A stretch of DNA of 64,000 bases from a virus: positions 47,940 to 111,939 of the IMG/VR virus record IMGVR_UViG_3300045581_000900. One strand, 5' to 3'. Shown here in pieces: positions 37,489-46,250 of this stretch. The first letter of the stretch is position 1, and each line of letters opens with the position of its first letter. The notes under the pieces are model-generated. The model was not told the DNA's origin and did no database searches. It saw only the letters and a program-made list of their open reading frames with translations. A program made the translations under genes and the position numbers.

Positions 37489-38007
37489 TTATTTTCGTCG
37501 CAGGCTGTGGGCTAACGTCGTACCGAACGCGAACGCACTGGCGATCTTGGGTTCTTCGGAGCCGTACGTGTGGTCGCCGTAGGCTTTGCCGGCCATGCCG
37601 CCGAGCACCGTGCCTGCCGCGAGGCCGCCGGCACCGCCAGCCGCTGCACCACGCAGAGCCCCCATCAGTCGGCTGCGACGCCTGAGCCGCACGCCGCCCT
37701 CCTCGTCGATTTCACCCACGGCACCCGGATCATACGCCCCGTGCAAACCGCCGCCGATCACGCCGGCGAGGCCACCGCCCATGCCGCCTAAACTCGCTCC
37801 CGCCAGCGGAGCGACCGCCTGCGAAATGGCTTGGCTTAAACTTTGCTCGGCGGCCTTCGTTTCACCGCTCGTGTGCTCGCGGCTGAACTCGTCGGGGGTC
37901 ATCTTCTTGTGCTCTTCATACTGCATCTTAGGCTTCATGCCCTCGACCGGCTCGCTGCAGTCGTATACTTTCGCGGCCTTGGTCAGCAGTTCAATGTTTA
38001 CGCTCAT
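37489..38007 (-). CDS. Glycine-zipper hairpin protein
   Basis: TKAA x2, PKIASAFAFG; PG...DEEG...RRRSRLMGALRG loop. Confidence 0.8.
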   Translation of the reverse strand: MSVNIELLTKAAKVYDCSEPVEGMKPKMQYEEHKKMTPDEFSREHTSGETKAAEQSLSQAISQAVAPLAGASLGGMGGGLAGVIGGGLHGAYDPGAVGEIDEEGGVRLRRRSRLMGALRGAAAGGAGGLAAGTVLGGMAGKAYGDHTYGSEEPKIASAFAFGTTLAHSLRRK

Positions 38008-38034
38008 GTCGGGGTTCCTGTTTTAAAAGTAGTA

Positions 38035-39927
38035 TTAGCGGCCCAGCGTCGGTGAGCCGGGCAGTTGCATGTTGCTCATGTCAATGCCGGAGGCGTCAAA
38101 GCCACGACTCGGTGCTGTTCTGATATTCTCTTCGACCTGCTTGTCTCGAACCTGTTGCAGCATGCGGGCGAACTCGGCGGGATTCTTCTGCTTCATCGCC
38201 AAGACTTCGGGCGAGACGTTTTCAATTCCAGCCTGCTGGTCCATGCTGGCCTGCTGGGCCTTGGCCGCGGCCTGAGCCTTCGACTTGGCATACGCCGACG
38301 GGCCCATCAGCGACTCGTTCTGGCGGTCAAACTTGGCCTGCTCGTTGGCAGCAGCACGGGCTCTTAACGCGGCTACGCCAGCGGTATCCGTCGGCGTATA
38401 CGTCGGCGATTTAGGAGCCTGCATGTTCGCCATGTTCGGGCCCTTGTAGAGCGGATTCGAGACCTGCCCGCCGGTGTTCCCGCTGGCAATACTTGCTCCC
38501 ATCGTGCCCGGAGCACTCGCAGTCTGGGCGTCACGGAACCGCTTGGCCTCGCCCTTCTGCAGGCTCGGGCTGAAATAATCTTTGTCAGAACCGCGGTACG
38601 ACTTGGCATAGTTTCCGCCGCGGCCCTGTTCTGTGGCCAGAGCGACTTCCTGCGGCGACTTCGGGTTGGCGGTGCTCGTCGGTGCCTTGGGTCCGAAGCC
38701 CAGTCGCTTCGCCAGATCGCTGCCAAAGCCCGTCGCCGCACCGTAGGCACTGTTCACGGCATCAGGGGCAAAGTGGCCAGCCAGTCCGCCAGCACCAGCA
38801 CCCATCACGCCGCCGCCGATCAGGCCACGCAGAGCCGCACCAAATCGGCTGCGTTGCTTGCGGCCCACGAGATTGCCCTCGTCGTCATAGACGTCTTCTT
38901 CGCCCGGAGCGACAAGGCCGGCTAAGCCGCCGGCCAAGCCACCGCCCAAGCCACCCATGCCAGCACCCTGCAGGACGCCGGCCGGAATATTGCTGGTTAA
39001 ATTCTTGGCGTAGCTGCCGAGGTCCTGCAGCGACGGCATAGCCTGCTTTTCACTCGCCGTCTTGCCGCCCATGAGCCCGCCCAGACCGATCCCGGCCAGC
39101 ATCGAATTTAAATTGCCGCCGTTGGCCAGATGCGAGCCGATGTACGTGCCCGCACCACCTGCCGCCGCACCGAGCAACGCATTGCGAAATCGGTTCTTGC
39201 GACTGAGCAAGGCACCGGCTGCACCGCCGGCCAGAGCACCACCGGCCGCGTTTGTCAGATTGCCCGAGATACCCAGTCGGCCGGCAAGCGTCGTGTCTTT
39301 CTCACGCTGCTGTAATTCAGGAGCCACCGGATTCCCCGAGGGACGAGCCTCACGCACATGCATCGGCCGACCGTCGAACACAGGCTCAGGCTGACCAGAC
39401 GAAAACGGCCAGATGGCCTCTTTGCTCAGGGCCTGAATCCGCTCTGCCTTCTCGTTCAGCGACAGCGACGTGTTGTTCACAATCGCGGCGAGCTTTTCAT
39501 GAGCCGCCTTGGACGACTCGCCTTCGCTGTCGTCTTCTCTCTTCGGAGCTTTTTTCTTCTGCGGAGCCGGAGCTTTCTGCTGCCACGGAGCTTTCTTGCC
39601 CGTGATGCCCTTGGCGATGCCGGCACCAGCGTGATAGCCGCCGTAGCCGCCAAAGCCCGCACCGCCCACCAGCCCAGCCAGTGTCGGAAGACCCATCGCC
39701 ACGCCGCGGTACTCGTCGGGCACAAGCTGAGAAATGCCGGCTCCGATGCCACCACCGGCCAGAGCACCGGCCAGTCCGCCGGCACCAGCACCAACGCCGA
39801 GCCCGATCCCACGGCCGGCACCGTGCACGGCACCCTCACCACGGCTGCCTGCGGGCGACGACATCGCACCAATACCGGCACCGATTAATCCGGGCAGAAC
39901 AATCTCAGCTTTTTTTTCGTTGGGCAT
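38035..39927 (-). CDS. Glycine-zipper polyprotein (three hairpins)
   Basis: EKKA, SKAA, EKLA, SKEA, GKTASEKQA motifs separating Gly-zipper units. Confidence 0.82.
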   Translation of the reverse strand: MPNEKKAEIVLPGLIGAGIGAMSSPAGSRGEGAVHGAGRGIGLGVGAGAGGLAGALAGGGIGAGISQLVPDEYRGVAMGLPTLAGLVGGAGFGGYGGYHAGAGIAKGITGKKAPWQQKAPAPQKKKAPKREDDSEGESSKAAHEKLAAIVNNTSLSLNEKAERIQALSKEAIWPFSSGQPEPVFDGRPMHVREARPSGNPVAPELQQREKDTTLAGRLGISGNLTNAAGGALAGGAAGALLSRKNRFRNALLGAAAGGAGTYIGSHLANGGNLNSMLAGIGLGGLMGGKTASEKQAMPSLQDLGSYAKNLTSNIPAGVLQGAGMGGLGGGLAGGLAGLVAPGEEDVYDDEGNLVGRKQRSRFGAALRGLIGGGVMGAGAGGLAGHFAPDAVNSAYGAATGFGSDLAKRLGFGPKAPTSTANPKSPQEVALATEQGRGGNYAKSYRGSDKDYFSPSLQKGEAKRFRDAQTASAPGTMGASIASGNTGGQVSNPLYKGPNMANMQAPKSPTYTPTDTAGVAALRARAAANEQAKFDRQNESLMGPSAYAKSKAQAAAKAQQASMDQQAGIENVSPEVLAMKQKNPAEFARMLQQVRDKQVEENIRTAPSRGFDASGIDMSNMQLPGSPTLGR

Positions 39928-39934
39928 AGTTAAC

Positions 39935-40399
39935 TCACGCGGTTGTGGTGATCTGGTCTAAAAGAGGTTTGTTGACGTCAACAGCGTCATACTTCTTGGT
40001 GACGGACAGCGGCAGAAACCCCAGAGCAGTCTGTTTCACGCCGGATAAAATTTTGTCGATTTCAGGATTATACTGCGAAAGCGTTTGGCTTGCATAGTTG
40101 GATAACGCACTCGTGCCGGCCCCGATGGCCGCTCCTTGTAACGCCCCCATCCACGGATTTCGCTTCTTTTTCGCGATCACATTGCCGTGGGCGTCGAGCT
40201 TTTCATGATAGCCCGGCCAGAGTAATCCCCGGCCGAAACCCAAGCCGCCGCCGACCGTGGCCGCGATTAACAACTGCCGCAGAGCCTTGTAGTCATGGGG
40301 CAGCCGCGGATCGACGCCATACATGTGCTCAAACTGGGTTTTATATCCGTCCCAGAAGGACTCGGCGATCTTTTCACCGAACTCGCGTGGCGTACTCAT
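39935..40399 (-). CDS. Glycine-zipper hairpin protein
   Basis: TPREFGEKIA; PG...DAHG...KKKRNPWMGALQG. Confidence 0.78.
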   Translation of the reverse strand: MSTPREFGEKIAESFWDGYKTQFEHMYGVDPRLPHDYKALRQLLIAATVGGGLGFGRGLLWPGYHEKLDAHGNVIAKKKRNPWMGALQGAAIGAGTSALSNYASQTLSQYNPEIDKILSGVKQTALGFLPLSVTKKYDAVDVNKPLLDQITTTA

Positions 40400-41802
40400 T
40401 TGTTTTTATCCCATGCATCAAGAGCGGCGTAGCCCATGGCGGGTGTGGCGGGCGAGTTGTCTGCCTTTAAAAACTGCAGGGCGAATGGAGCCCGATTGCC
40501 CCCCATGTTTTCCTTCCATGTGTAGTTGTCCTGCCGCGGAGCCACCTCGAACTTTTGCCCCACCCACGGAAGCTCGTCCGACAGGATATTATCCCACACC
40601 CACCGGCCGCCAATCGTCTTCATCGTGCTGGAGTTCGTGTGGCCTGTGTCCTTCGTGGTGTACCAGCCCAGACTCTCGCTCAAGGGAGCTTCACGCCACT
40701 TGGAGTCGGTCAGGAACTTGCCCAGATTCTTCTTGAAGTACTCGCTCTCCAGCTTGCTCGGCGTCACGTCCCAGCGGTCGAGCACCATGCCCTGATACTT
40801 CCCGTCGGGCGTCTTCACGTACGGCACCTGCATGCCGCCCATCAACTGGTTGACGCCGAAGAAGTCGTACACGTTGGGCTGGTAGCTGGGATATTTGTTA
40901 AACGTCCTGAGAGCCGTCTCGGGGTCCTTGAGCAGTTGCTCCGGCCCTGACGAGGAAAGACTATCGCGTTTCAGCCCGACGTGCGTCTTGCTGCTAAACA
41001 GCGTCTTGAGCCGGTCGGCGTACTCGGGGCTTTTCTCGTTGAGCGAGTAGTAGCCTTCGGGGTTCTTCTGCCACCACGGATTCGCCTTGTCGACCGGCAG
41101 GCCAAACTGCCGCCGCACGAGTTCCATGCGGGCCGGAAGCTGCTTGAGCGGGTCGGTCTCGCCCGTGGCTTTGTTCGTGCCCCAGTACTTCATCGCGTCT
41201 TCGTCAAAGTCCTGCTTGTCAAGAATAGCCGCGTTCCAGATACGCTTGAGCGACGGCGTGATCTCCTTCGTGGCCGTGGGGCGATAGCCCATCGGTATCT
41301 TCGTGTTGGCAATGTACCGGCGGAACCGGTCGCCCACGATGTTGCTCAAGCCCGCCCCGGTCAACGCACCTGTTAACACACGCTTGAGCGTCTGGCGTTT
41401 GCCCTTCTTGTCCTTGCCGCGGATGAGGTCGTACAGGCCGCCGACACCAGCCCCGGCCAAACCGCCGGCCACGGTATCGGGCACACGGAGCTTGGGCAGA
41501 TGCCAGCGGATGTTCTCCAGCACCTCTTTCAGGTCGGCGGTCTTCTCGGCCGGGACAGGAGCCAGTCGCTTTTTCTTAGCTATCGCCTTGGCTTTCACAC
41601 TGGGCCGCTGCTGGTTTAAATACCATAACGCGGCCCCCAAGCCGCCCACCGTCGCGAGCGGGGCGTAGTTCCAGAGCTTTTCTTTCACCGCGTTGTAGTC
41701 GTACGTGGCGGCGAAGCCCGGCTCATTGATGTCGGGCAGGTCGGGGTACTGCTGGCGAAGCGTGTCCCGGAAGTCAGTCGGTGAAGGGAAGGGAGCGGGC
41801 AT
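40396..41802 (-). CDS. Glycine-zipper protein with a C-terminal globular domain
   Basis: EKTA; GGLAGAGVGG...GALTGAG. Confidence 0.78.
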   Translation of the reverse strand: MPAPFPSPTDFRDTLRQQYPDLPDINEPGFAATYDYNAVKEKLWNYAPLATVGGLGAALWYLNQQRPSVKAKAIAKKKRLAPVPAEKTADLKEVLENIRWHLPKLRVPDTVAGGLAGAGVGGLYDLIRGKDKKGKRQTLKRVLTGALTGAGLSNIVGDRFRRYIANTKIPMGYRPTATKEITPSLKRIWNAAILDKQDFDEDAMKYWGTNKATGETDPLKQLPARMELVRRQFGLPVDKANPWWQKNPEGYYSLNEKSPEYADRLKTLFSSKTHVGLKRDSLSSSGPEQLLKDPETALRTFNKYPSYQPNVYDFFGVNQLMGGMQVPYVKTPDGKYQGMVLDRWDVTPSKLESEYFKKNLGKFLTDSKWREAPLSESLGWYTTKDTGHTNSSTMKTIGGRWVWDNILSDELPWVGQKFEVAPRQDNYTWKENMGGNRAPFALQFLKADNSPATPAMGYAALDAWDKNK

Positions 41803-41810
41803 TGGCGACG

Positions 41811-42785
41811 TTACTCCTCTGCTGTAGCCGTGCGGGCCGGAGCCTTCTCGTCGTCTTTTTCAGCAGACTCGTCGTCGTCCTGCCGGGCCTTGGCCGCGGG
41901 CTTCTTTTTCTTCTTGGGGGCTCGCTCGGAGACGTACTTGCCACCAGCCCCGGCGGATTCAGCAAGGCCATATAGCTTGCCAGCAGCCAGACCAGCCAGC
42001 GGACCCATGGGCCCAGCGAGACTGCCCAGATAACTGCCCATGCCCGCCGGAAGTACCCGCTGCCGTTCATCGAGAATCTGATTGAGCTTCTTGGGGTCAT
42101 TGCGATAGGCCTTTCGCAGAGAATCCTCGCTGTTAAAGTTCGCGGCGGCTTCTTGATACAGCATGATCGGCGTCAGGGCCCGCGAGAGCATGTACGCGTC
42201 CCGGGTCAGGCCGCCACCCTGCCGCTTGAGCCAGCCGGTCACGCCCTTGCCCTTGGGCACCGGGCGGGAATTAAAGTCGATGGCGTGGCCGAGTTCGTGC
42301 GTGAGCGTGGCGGGCGAATTGCCATATAAATGCGTCGTGTCGCTGAACGGATTGTAGTGCGAGCCCCGCATGGAATTCATCGTCAACGCCGTGAGCGGAT
42401 ACGACGCCAAGCCTAAGCCTTTGCCCAGAATGCTCGTTCTGGGGTTGCTCATGATCCGGGGAATATCCCGGGTGAGTCGCGTGCCGCCCAAGACCACGGT
42501 ATGGTTCTTCAGTTCCTGCGGATTGGCCCGCTCCATGTCTTGGGCAAGCTGCTGGAGAGCCATCGCCCGGCGGTCCTTCTTGCTGATCTCCGCCTCGTTC
42601 CAGCCGCCCGTGGCACCCTCCCAGTCCGTCGGGTTCACGTGGCTCTTGAGTGTTAAGAGCGGCAGGCCCGAGAGCACGCCGCCCGCTTGGCCGACCGTCG
42701 AGGCCAACGCCCGGCTGGGCAGCCCCGCTCGTTCAACGTTGATAGCCTGCTTGACCAGCTTTCCAAACGCGACAGCGTGCGACAT
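41811..42785 (-). CDS. HExxH zinc-metallopeptidase-like domain plus Gly zipper
   Basis: HAVAFGKLVKQA; TLTHELGHA...YQEAAA. Confidence 0.75.
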   Translation of the reverse strand: MSHAVAFGKLVKQAINVERAGLPSRALASTVGQAGGVLSGLPLLTLKSHVNPTDWEGATGGWNEAEISKKDRRAMALQQLAQDMERANPQELKNHTVVLGGTRLTRDIPRIMSNPRTSILGKGLGLASYPLTALTMNSMRGSHYNPFSDTTHLYGNSPATLTHELGHAIDFNSRPVPKGKGVTGWLKRQGGGLTRDAYMLSRALTPIMLYQEAAANFNSEDSLRKAYRNDPKKLNQILDERQRVLPAGMGSYLGSLAGPMGPLAGLAAGKLYGLAESAGAGGKYVSERAPKKKKKPAAKARQDDDESAEKDDEKAPARTATAEE

Positions 42786-42823
42786 GACAATGATCCTTGC
42801 TGGAGAAAAAGACAGTTATTTAT

Positions 42824-44674
42824 TTATTCAGTGGGCAGCCGCAGCGGGCCCATCTTGTGCATCCGTTCGGCGAGCCGTTTGAGTTCCTTGGAGCTATAGC
42901 CGACGCCCGAGCTTCGCATGGCGGCCTCGTAGTCGTCCGCGGTGCCCTCTTCGGGCACGCTGGCCAACGCGTGAGCCGCCGCCGTGGGCCGGTCCTTGAA
43001 CCCGTCGCCGATCCACTTGTACAGGCTGCGGGTCTCTTTATTCGCTTGGCGGCCACTGGGCCGGCCCCAGTCAGTCTCGATGTACGGGAACGGGGCCAGA
43101 CCAATAGCCGTGCCACCGATCGGGCCGCCGAGGCGTAACGCGATATCAGGCGTCGGAACCACGCCGCCTAAATATCTGTATCCCACTTGGGGATTGAGGC
43201 CCCATTCGCCGAGTTGCCACTTCTGGCCGCCCCAGCTTGGCGAGAGATTTAACACCCGCTTGGCAGCTTCTTTGCCGAAGCTTTCCGCGGCACTGCACTT
43301 GCAGTTCCACTTGCGTAACGCCTTGTTAATCCGGGAGTCGGGGTCCTTCTTGGTCTTGCTGCCCGTGTTCACCCGCTTCATGCCGCACATCCGTGAGCAG
43401 AACGAATTCTGGCGTTTATCGCGTTCGCCCGTGGGGTTCTTTTCGGTCACCGGAGCCTTGAGATTGCCGCCGGTTTCGCGGTTGTAGCTCGCCCGGCCTT
43501 TGGCGTTTAAGCCGCCCTCGTCGTTCTTGCCGGCAGCCCGTTGCCATGCTGGCGTGCTGGCCCATTTCACCACGGCACTTTTCACGCGTTCTTCGGCCAG
43601 AATATCGAGCATAGTATCGGGCTCAACGTGGTCCATGCCCATGAGCCAACCCTGAATGGGATCACCGCTGCTGCTGGACTTGAAATGCGTATTTAAACGG
43701 TCATAATCCGGCTGAAAATCCTGCACGGGATACTCGCTGTCGTCGTAGTCGCCCTGTGTATAGTTGCGGTAGCCCGCCCGCAGAGCTTTCGACAAGAGCG
43801 AGCCGGCCAACATACCGCCAGCCAGCGGACCAAACGGCAAATGCACAGTATTCGCCGGCGGCTTTTTCTTCTTGGCCGTGGTTTTCGCCGCCGAAATCTT
43901 GGTGTTCACGGTATTGGGTGCCGACAGGCTGGCATTGCCGTTGATAATTCCGCTCATAGATAACCCCGAATGAAATTTAATTGGGTCCGTGGTCGCCGAG
44001 GACTGGCCGGCACCTACGGGTGTCGGATTCGCTGGCTGGGATTGTTGTTTTTGCTGCGATTGTGCTGGCTGGGCAGGGGCTTGAGCCTGCTGCATCCCCA
44101 TTGGGAGTGGTATCTGCGGCGTGGCGACGGGGTACTGTTTTAAACCTTGGTTTTTTCCCACGCGGACGGGAACGCGGCCCTCCCGTTCAGCATTCATGTT
44201 CTCCATGGTCTGTTCAATCGCTGGAGATAACACCACGGAAAGCTTCTGTAGCAGCGTGTTTATGGCATTTTCGCCCTGACCTTCGTCGATATTCTTGCCC
44301 GTATCTATGCTGCTGGAAATCAGCCCCTTTTCTCGCTCTTCTCCGGCATACACTGGCTTTTCACTCTGCGGCATGTCGACTTTTTCCTGTTTGGAGTCGG
44401 CTGTTTTCGCGTTTTGGGCCGGATCGGGGTCTAAAATAGAAGGCACGGTAAAGTTAACACTGTCCGTAAATCGACGAATTAAACCCGAAATGTTAATTTG
44501 GGCTGTTTTCTCCGCGGGCTGGGTTGTATCGTTTTTATCACTGGCGTACATGGGCAAATCCTTATTGGACTTGGGATATTTATGGGCCCAGCGTTTGGCG
44601 ATATCAGGGTGTTCGGCCCAGAGAAAGCGGCGTTGTTTCTCAGATTTAAACGGCATAGCGGATTTGGTTCCCAA
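42824..44674 (-). CDS. Modular probable virion polyprotein (MPFKSEKQRR micro-domain, DUF6321-like domain)
   Basis: TKSA, EKTA, AKTA, VKSA, VKWA, GKEA motifs; AWQRAAGKNDEGGLNAKGRASYN...SFCSRMCGMK...RINKALRKWNC. Confidence 0.8.
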   Translation of the reverse strand: MGTKSAMPFKSEKQRRFLWAEHPDIAKRWAHKYPKSNKDLPMYASDKNDTTQPAEKTAQINISGLIRRFTDSVNFTVPSILDPDPAQNAKTADSKQEKVDMPQSEKPVYAGEEREKGLISSSIDTGKNIDEGQGENAINTLLQKLSVVLSPAIEQTMENMNAEREGRVPVRVGKNQGLKQYPVATPQIPLPMGMQQAQAPAQPAQSQQKQQSQPANPTPVGAGQSSATTDPIKFHSGLSMSGIINGNASLSAPNTVNTKISAAKTTAKKKKPPANTVHLPFGPLAGGMLAGSLLSKALRAGYRNYTQGDYDDSEYPVQDFQPDYDRLNTHFKSSSSGDPIQGWLMGMDHVEPDTMLDILAEERVKSAVVKWASTPAWQRAAGKNDEGGLNAKGRASYNRETGGNLKAPVTEKNPTGERDKRQNSFCSRMCGMKRVNTGSKTKKDPDSRINKALRKWNCKCSAAESFGKEAAKRVLNLSPSWGGQKWQLGEWGLNPQVGYRYLGGVVPTPDIALRLGGPIGGTAIGLAPFPYIETDWGRPSGRQANKETRSLYKWIGDGFKDRPTAAAHALASVPEEGTADDYEAAMRSSGVGYSSKELKRLAERMHKMGPLRLPTE

Positions 44675-44726
44675 GCTGAATGTGCCTTATATCTTCGCAA
44701 ATGAGGTGCCGGGGGTAAAGGGCTCT

Positions 44727-44765
44727 GATAGCTAAAAAAAGCCGCCTAGGTGTTAAGTAGGCGGC
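44727..44765 (-). terminator. Terminator with conserved T7AGCTATC tail
   Basis: GCCGCCTA/TAGGCGGC stem plus TTTTTTTAGCTATC. Confidence 0.8.
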
Positions 44766-44787
44766 GAGAAACTAGCAGATGTTACAT

Positions 44788-45000
44788 TCAAACGGAACAA
44801 AGCCGTTGAACCCGGTGAGCGTCATACCAGCCGGCGTTCGGGAGTGGGGTAAGTGTCGGTCCTGTGATGCTTTCCGGTTTGAACATGACCAAATAAGATG
44901 GGGCGGCCCAGCGGCTCCCGGGATAAATATCAATAACCGTACCCCGCATCTTTTCATCGTCATCGAACGTAACAACAACACGATCGTTTTTCTTAATCAT
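44788..45000 (-). CDS. Small SH3-like beta protein
   Basis: IKKNDRVVV...GTVIDI...YLVMF. Confidence 0.6.
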   Translation of the reverse strand: MIKKNDRVVVTFDDDEKMRGTVIDIYPGSRWAAPSYLVMFKPESITGPTLTPLPNAGWYDAHRVQRLCSV

Positions 45001-45027
45001 GACGTGTAGCTCCAGAGGGTGAAAAAA

Positions 45028-45345
45028 TCAGCAGATGCCGGGGATGTGAATTCCGGCCTTGGACGCGGCGTCACGGTGCTGGCGGAAAACACGCTGCCAG
45101 TACCGGTAGTCGTCAACCGCCCTTTTTTGACTGGCCGGCGAGTAGTCTTCCCCGAGTTCAGGCGTCCACTCGTACGACAAGGCAAGTTCCATTCTGGCCT
45201 CGGCGAGGTCATACTGCTTCTTCAGGTCGATGACGTTCTGCTTGAGAATCTGGTTGTGCTCCATTTTGTTGGCAATGAACTTGAGCACGACCAAGGCGAT
45301 CACGAACACCAGCATGACGATCAGGAAAAACTGTTCGGCGGTCAT
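45028..45345 (-). CDS. Single-TM protein
   Basis: SD AGGAG; N-terminal TM. Confidence 0.7.
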   Translation of the reverse strand: MTAEQFFLIVMLVFVIALVVLKFIANKMEHNQILKQNVIDLKKQYDLAEARMELALSYEWTPELGEDYSPASQKRAVDDYRYWQRVFRQHRDAASKAGIHIPGIC

Positions 45346-45387
45346 GTATATGACTCCTAGAGTGAATGGTTACAGGTCCCTTATTTG

Positions 45388-45416
45388 ATATGCCCGGATT
45401 ATGTTGGTTATTTAGC
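45388..45416 (-). promoter_or_regulatory. Phage promoter-like motif GCTAAAT-N15-GGCATAT (copy 1)
   Basis: Exact bipartite match in four intergenic sites. Confidence 0.8.
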
Positions 45417-45424
45417 CGGACGCC

Positions 45425-45647
45425 GATAGCTAAAAAAAGGGGCGAGTTGTTGAGTTAGGCAGGCACTACAGCCTGTTTCTCCTCTCACTCACTCCCCTTT
45501 ACTGCGGTTGACGTACGCAGCTTTACGGGCAATACCCTATGGCTTTCGCCCAAGGGTTCGGGACCACCTTGCTTTTTTGGCCGTCTTACGGGCTGTCCAT
45601 CGGATATTACGTCCGGGGACCAACTGAGGGATAAGCAGAACCTCGCC
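45425..45647 (-). ncRNA. Unnamed ~207-nt structured RNA ending in the T7AGCTATC tail
   Basis: GGCGAG/CUCGCC terminal pairing; UCCCC/GGGGA and UCCCUCA/UGAGAGGA rod; five internal hairpins; no ORF in the track. Confidence 0.55.
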
Positions 45648-45688
45648 AGAAACCAAGAAACATTAAACCAACATTATCGGGTACAGCA

Positions 45689-46132
45689 TCAGAGGCTGTA
45701 CCACTTACCGGCACCGGGCAGACCAATAAAGGTCTTCTGCTCGCCGTCACGGGTCGTCCACGTGGCAGTGGAATACACAACGCCCGGACGGACTTTCACG
45801 TCAGCCAGCCCCGTCTCGATCGCGATGTAGACGGCGTTCCGCTGGAAGAACGTCGCCTCTGGATTCACGTCGATGTTCGCGTACTCGAACGTCTGCGGCG
45901 GAGGGACCACTGCAGCCGTTCCGCACGCCACCAGCACGAAGGCCACCAGCGGGGCCGCGATTCCGCAGGTGATCCGGGTCGCGAGGTAGGCCCAGTAGGA
46001 TTCCGGGGCCACCTTGTCGACAATCCGGTAGAGCACCGTGGCGAACACGAAGTCGCAGGCAATCATCAGCAGGAACATGATCAGGGCAGCGGTCAGGATT
46101 GCAAACGTCGTCATTGGTTTTGTCCTCTTCAT
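45689..46132 (-). CDS. Membrane protein
   Basis: Two TM helices plus a soluble C-domain. Confidence 0.7.
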   Translation of the reverse strand: MKRTKPMTTFAILTAALIMFLLMIACDFVFATVLYRIVDKVAPESYWAYLATRITCGIAAPLVAFVLVACGTAAVVPPPQTFEYANIDVNPEATFFQRNAVYIAIETGLADVKVRPGVVYSTATWTTRDGEQKTFIGLPGAGKWYSL

Positions 46133-46181
46133 AAAAGTATCGAAACCATCAACACCCAGCCGAACACACGTCGGCGGGGAA

Positions 46182-46242
46182 AGTCCGTGTGCAGGATTCG
46201 AACCTGCTCGGCACCTTGGGCAAGTGCTTTCCTTTCACGGAC
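46182..46242 (-). ncRNA. D-armless tRNA-like RNA (CCC at the anticodon position)
   Basis: Acceptor GTCCGTG/CACGGAC; AAAGGAAA in place of the D arm; GCACT-TGCCCAA-GGTGC; canonical T arm GCAGG-TTCGAAT-CCTGC. Confidence 0.65.
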
Positions 46243-46250
46243 GGCTTTGG

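Noticed and set aside
45425-45647. RNase P, SRP or retron ncRNA identity
   Set aside because: RNase P and SRP signature sequences were not found, and there is no reverse transcriptase in the window.
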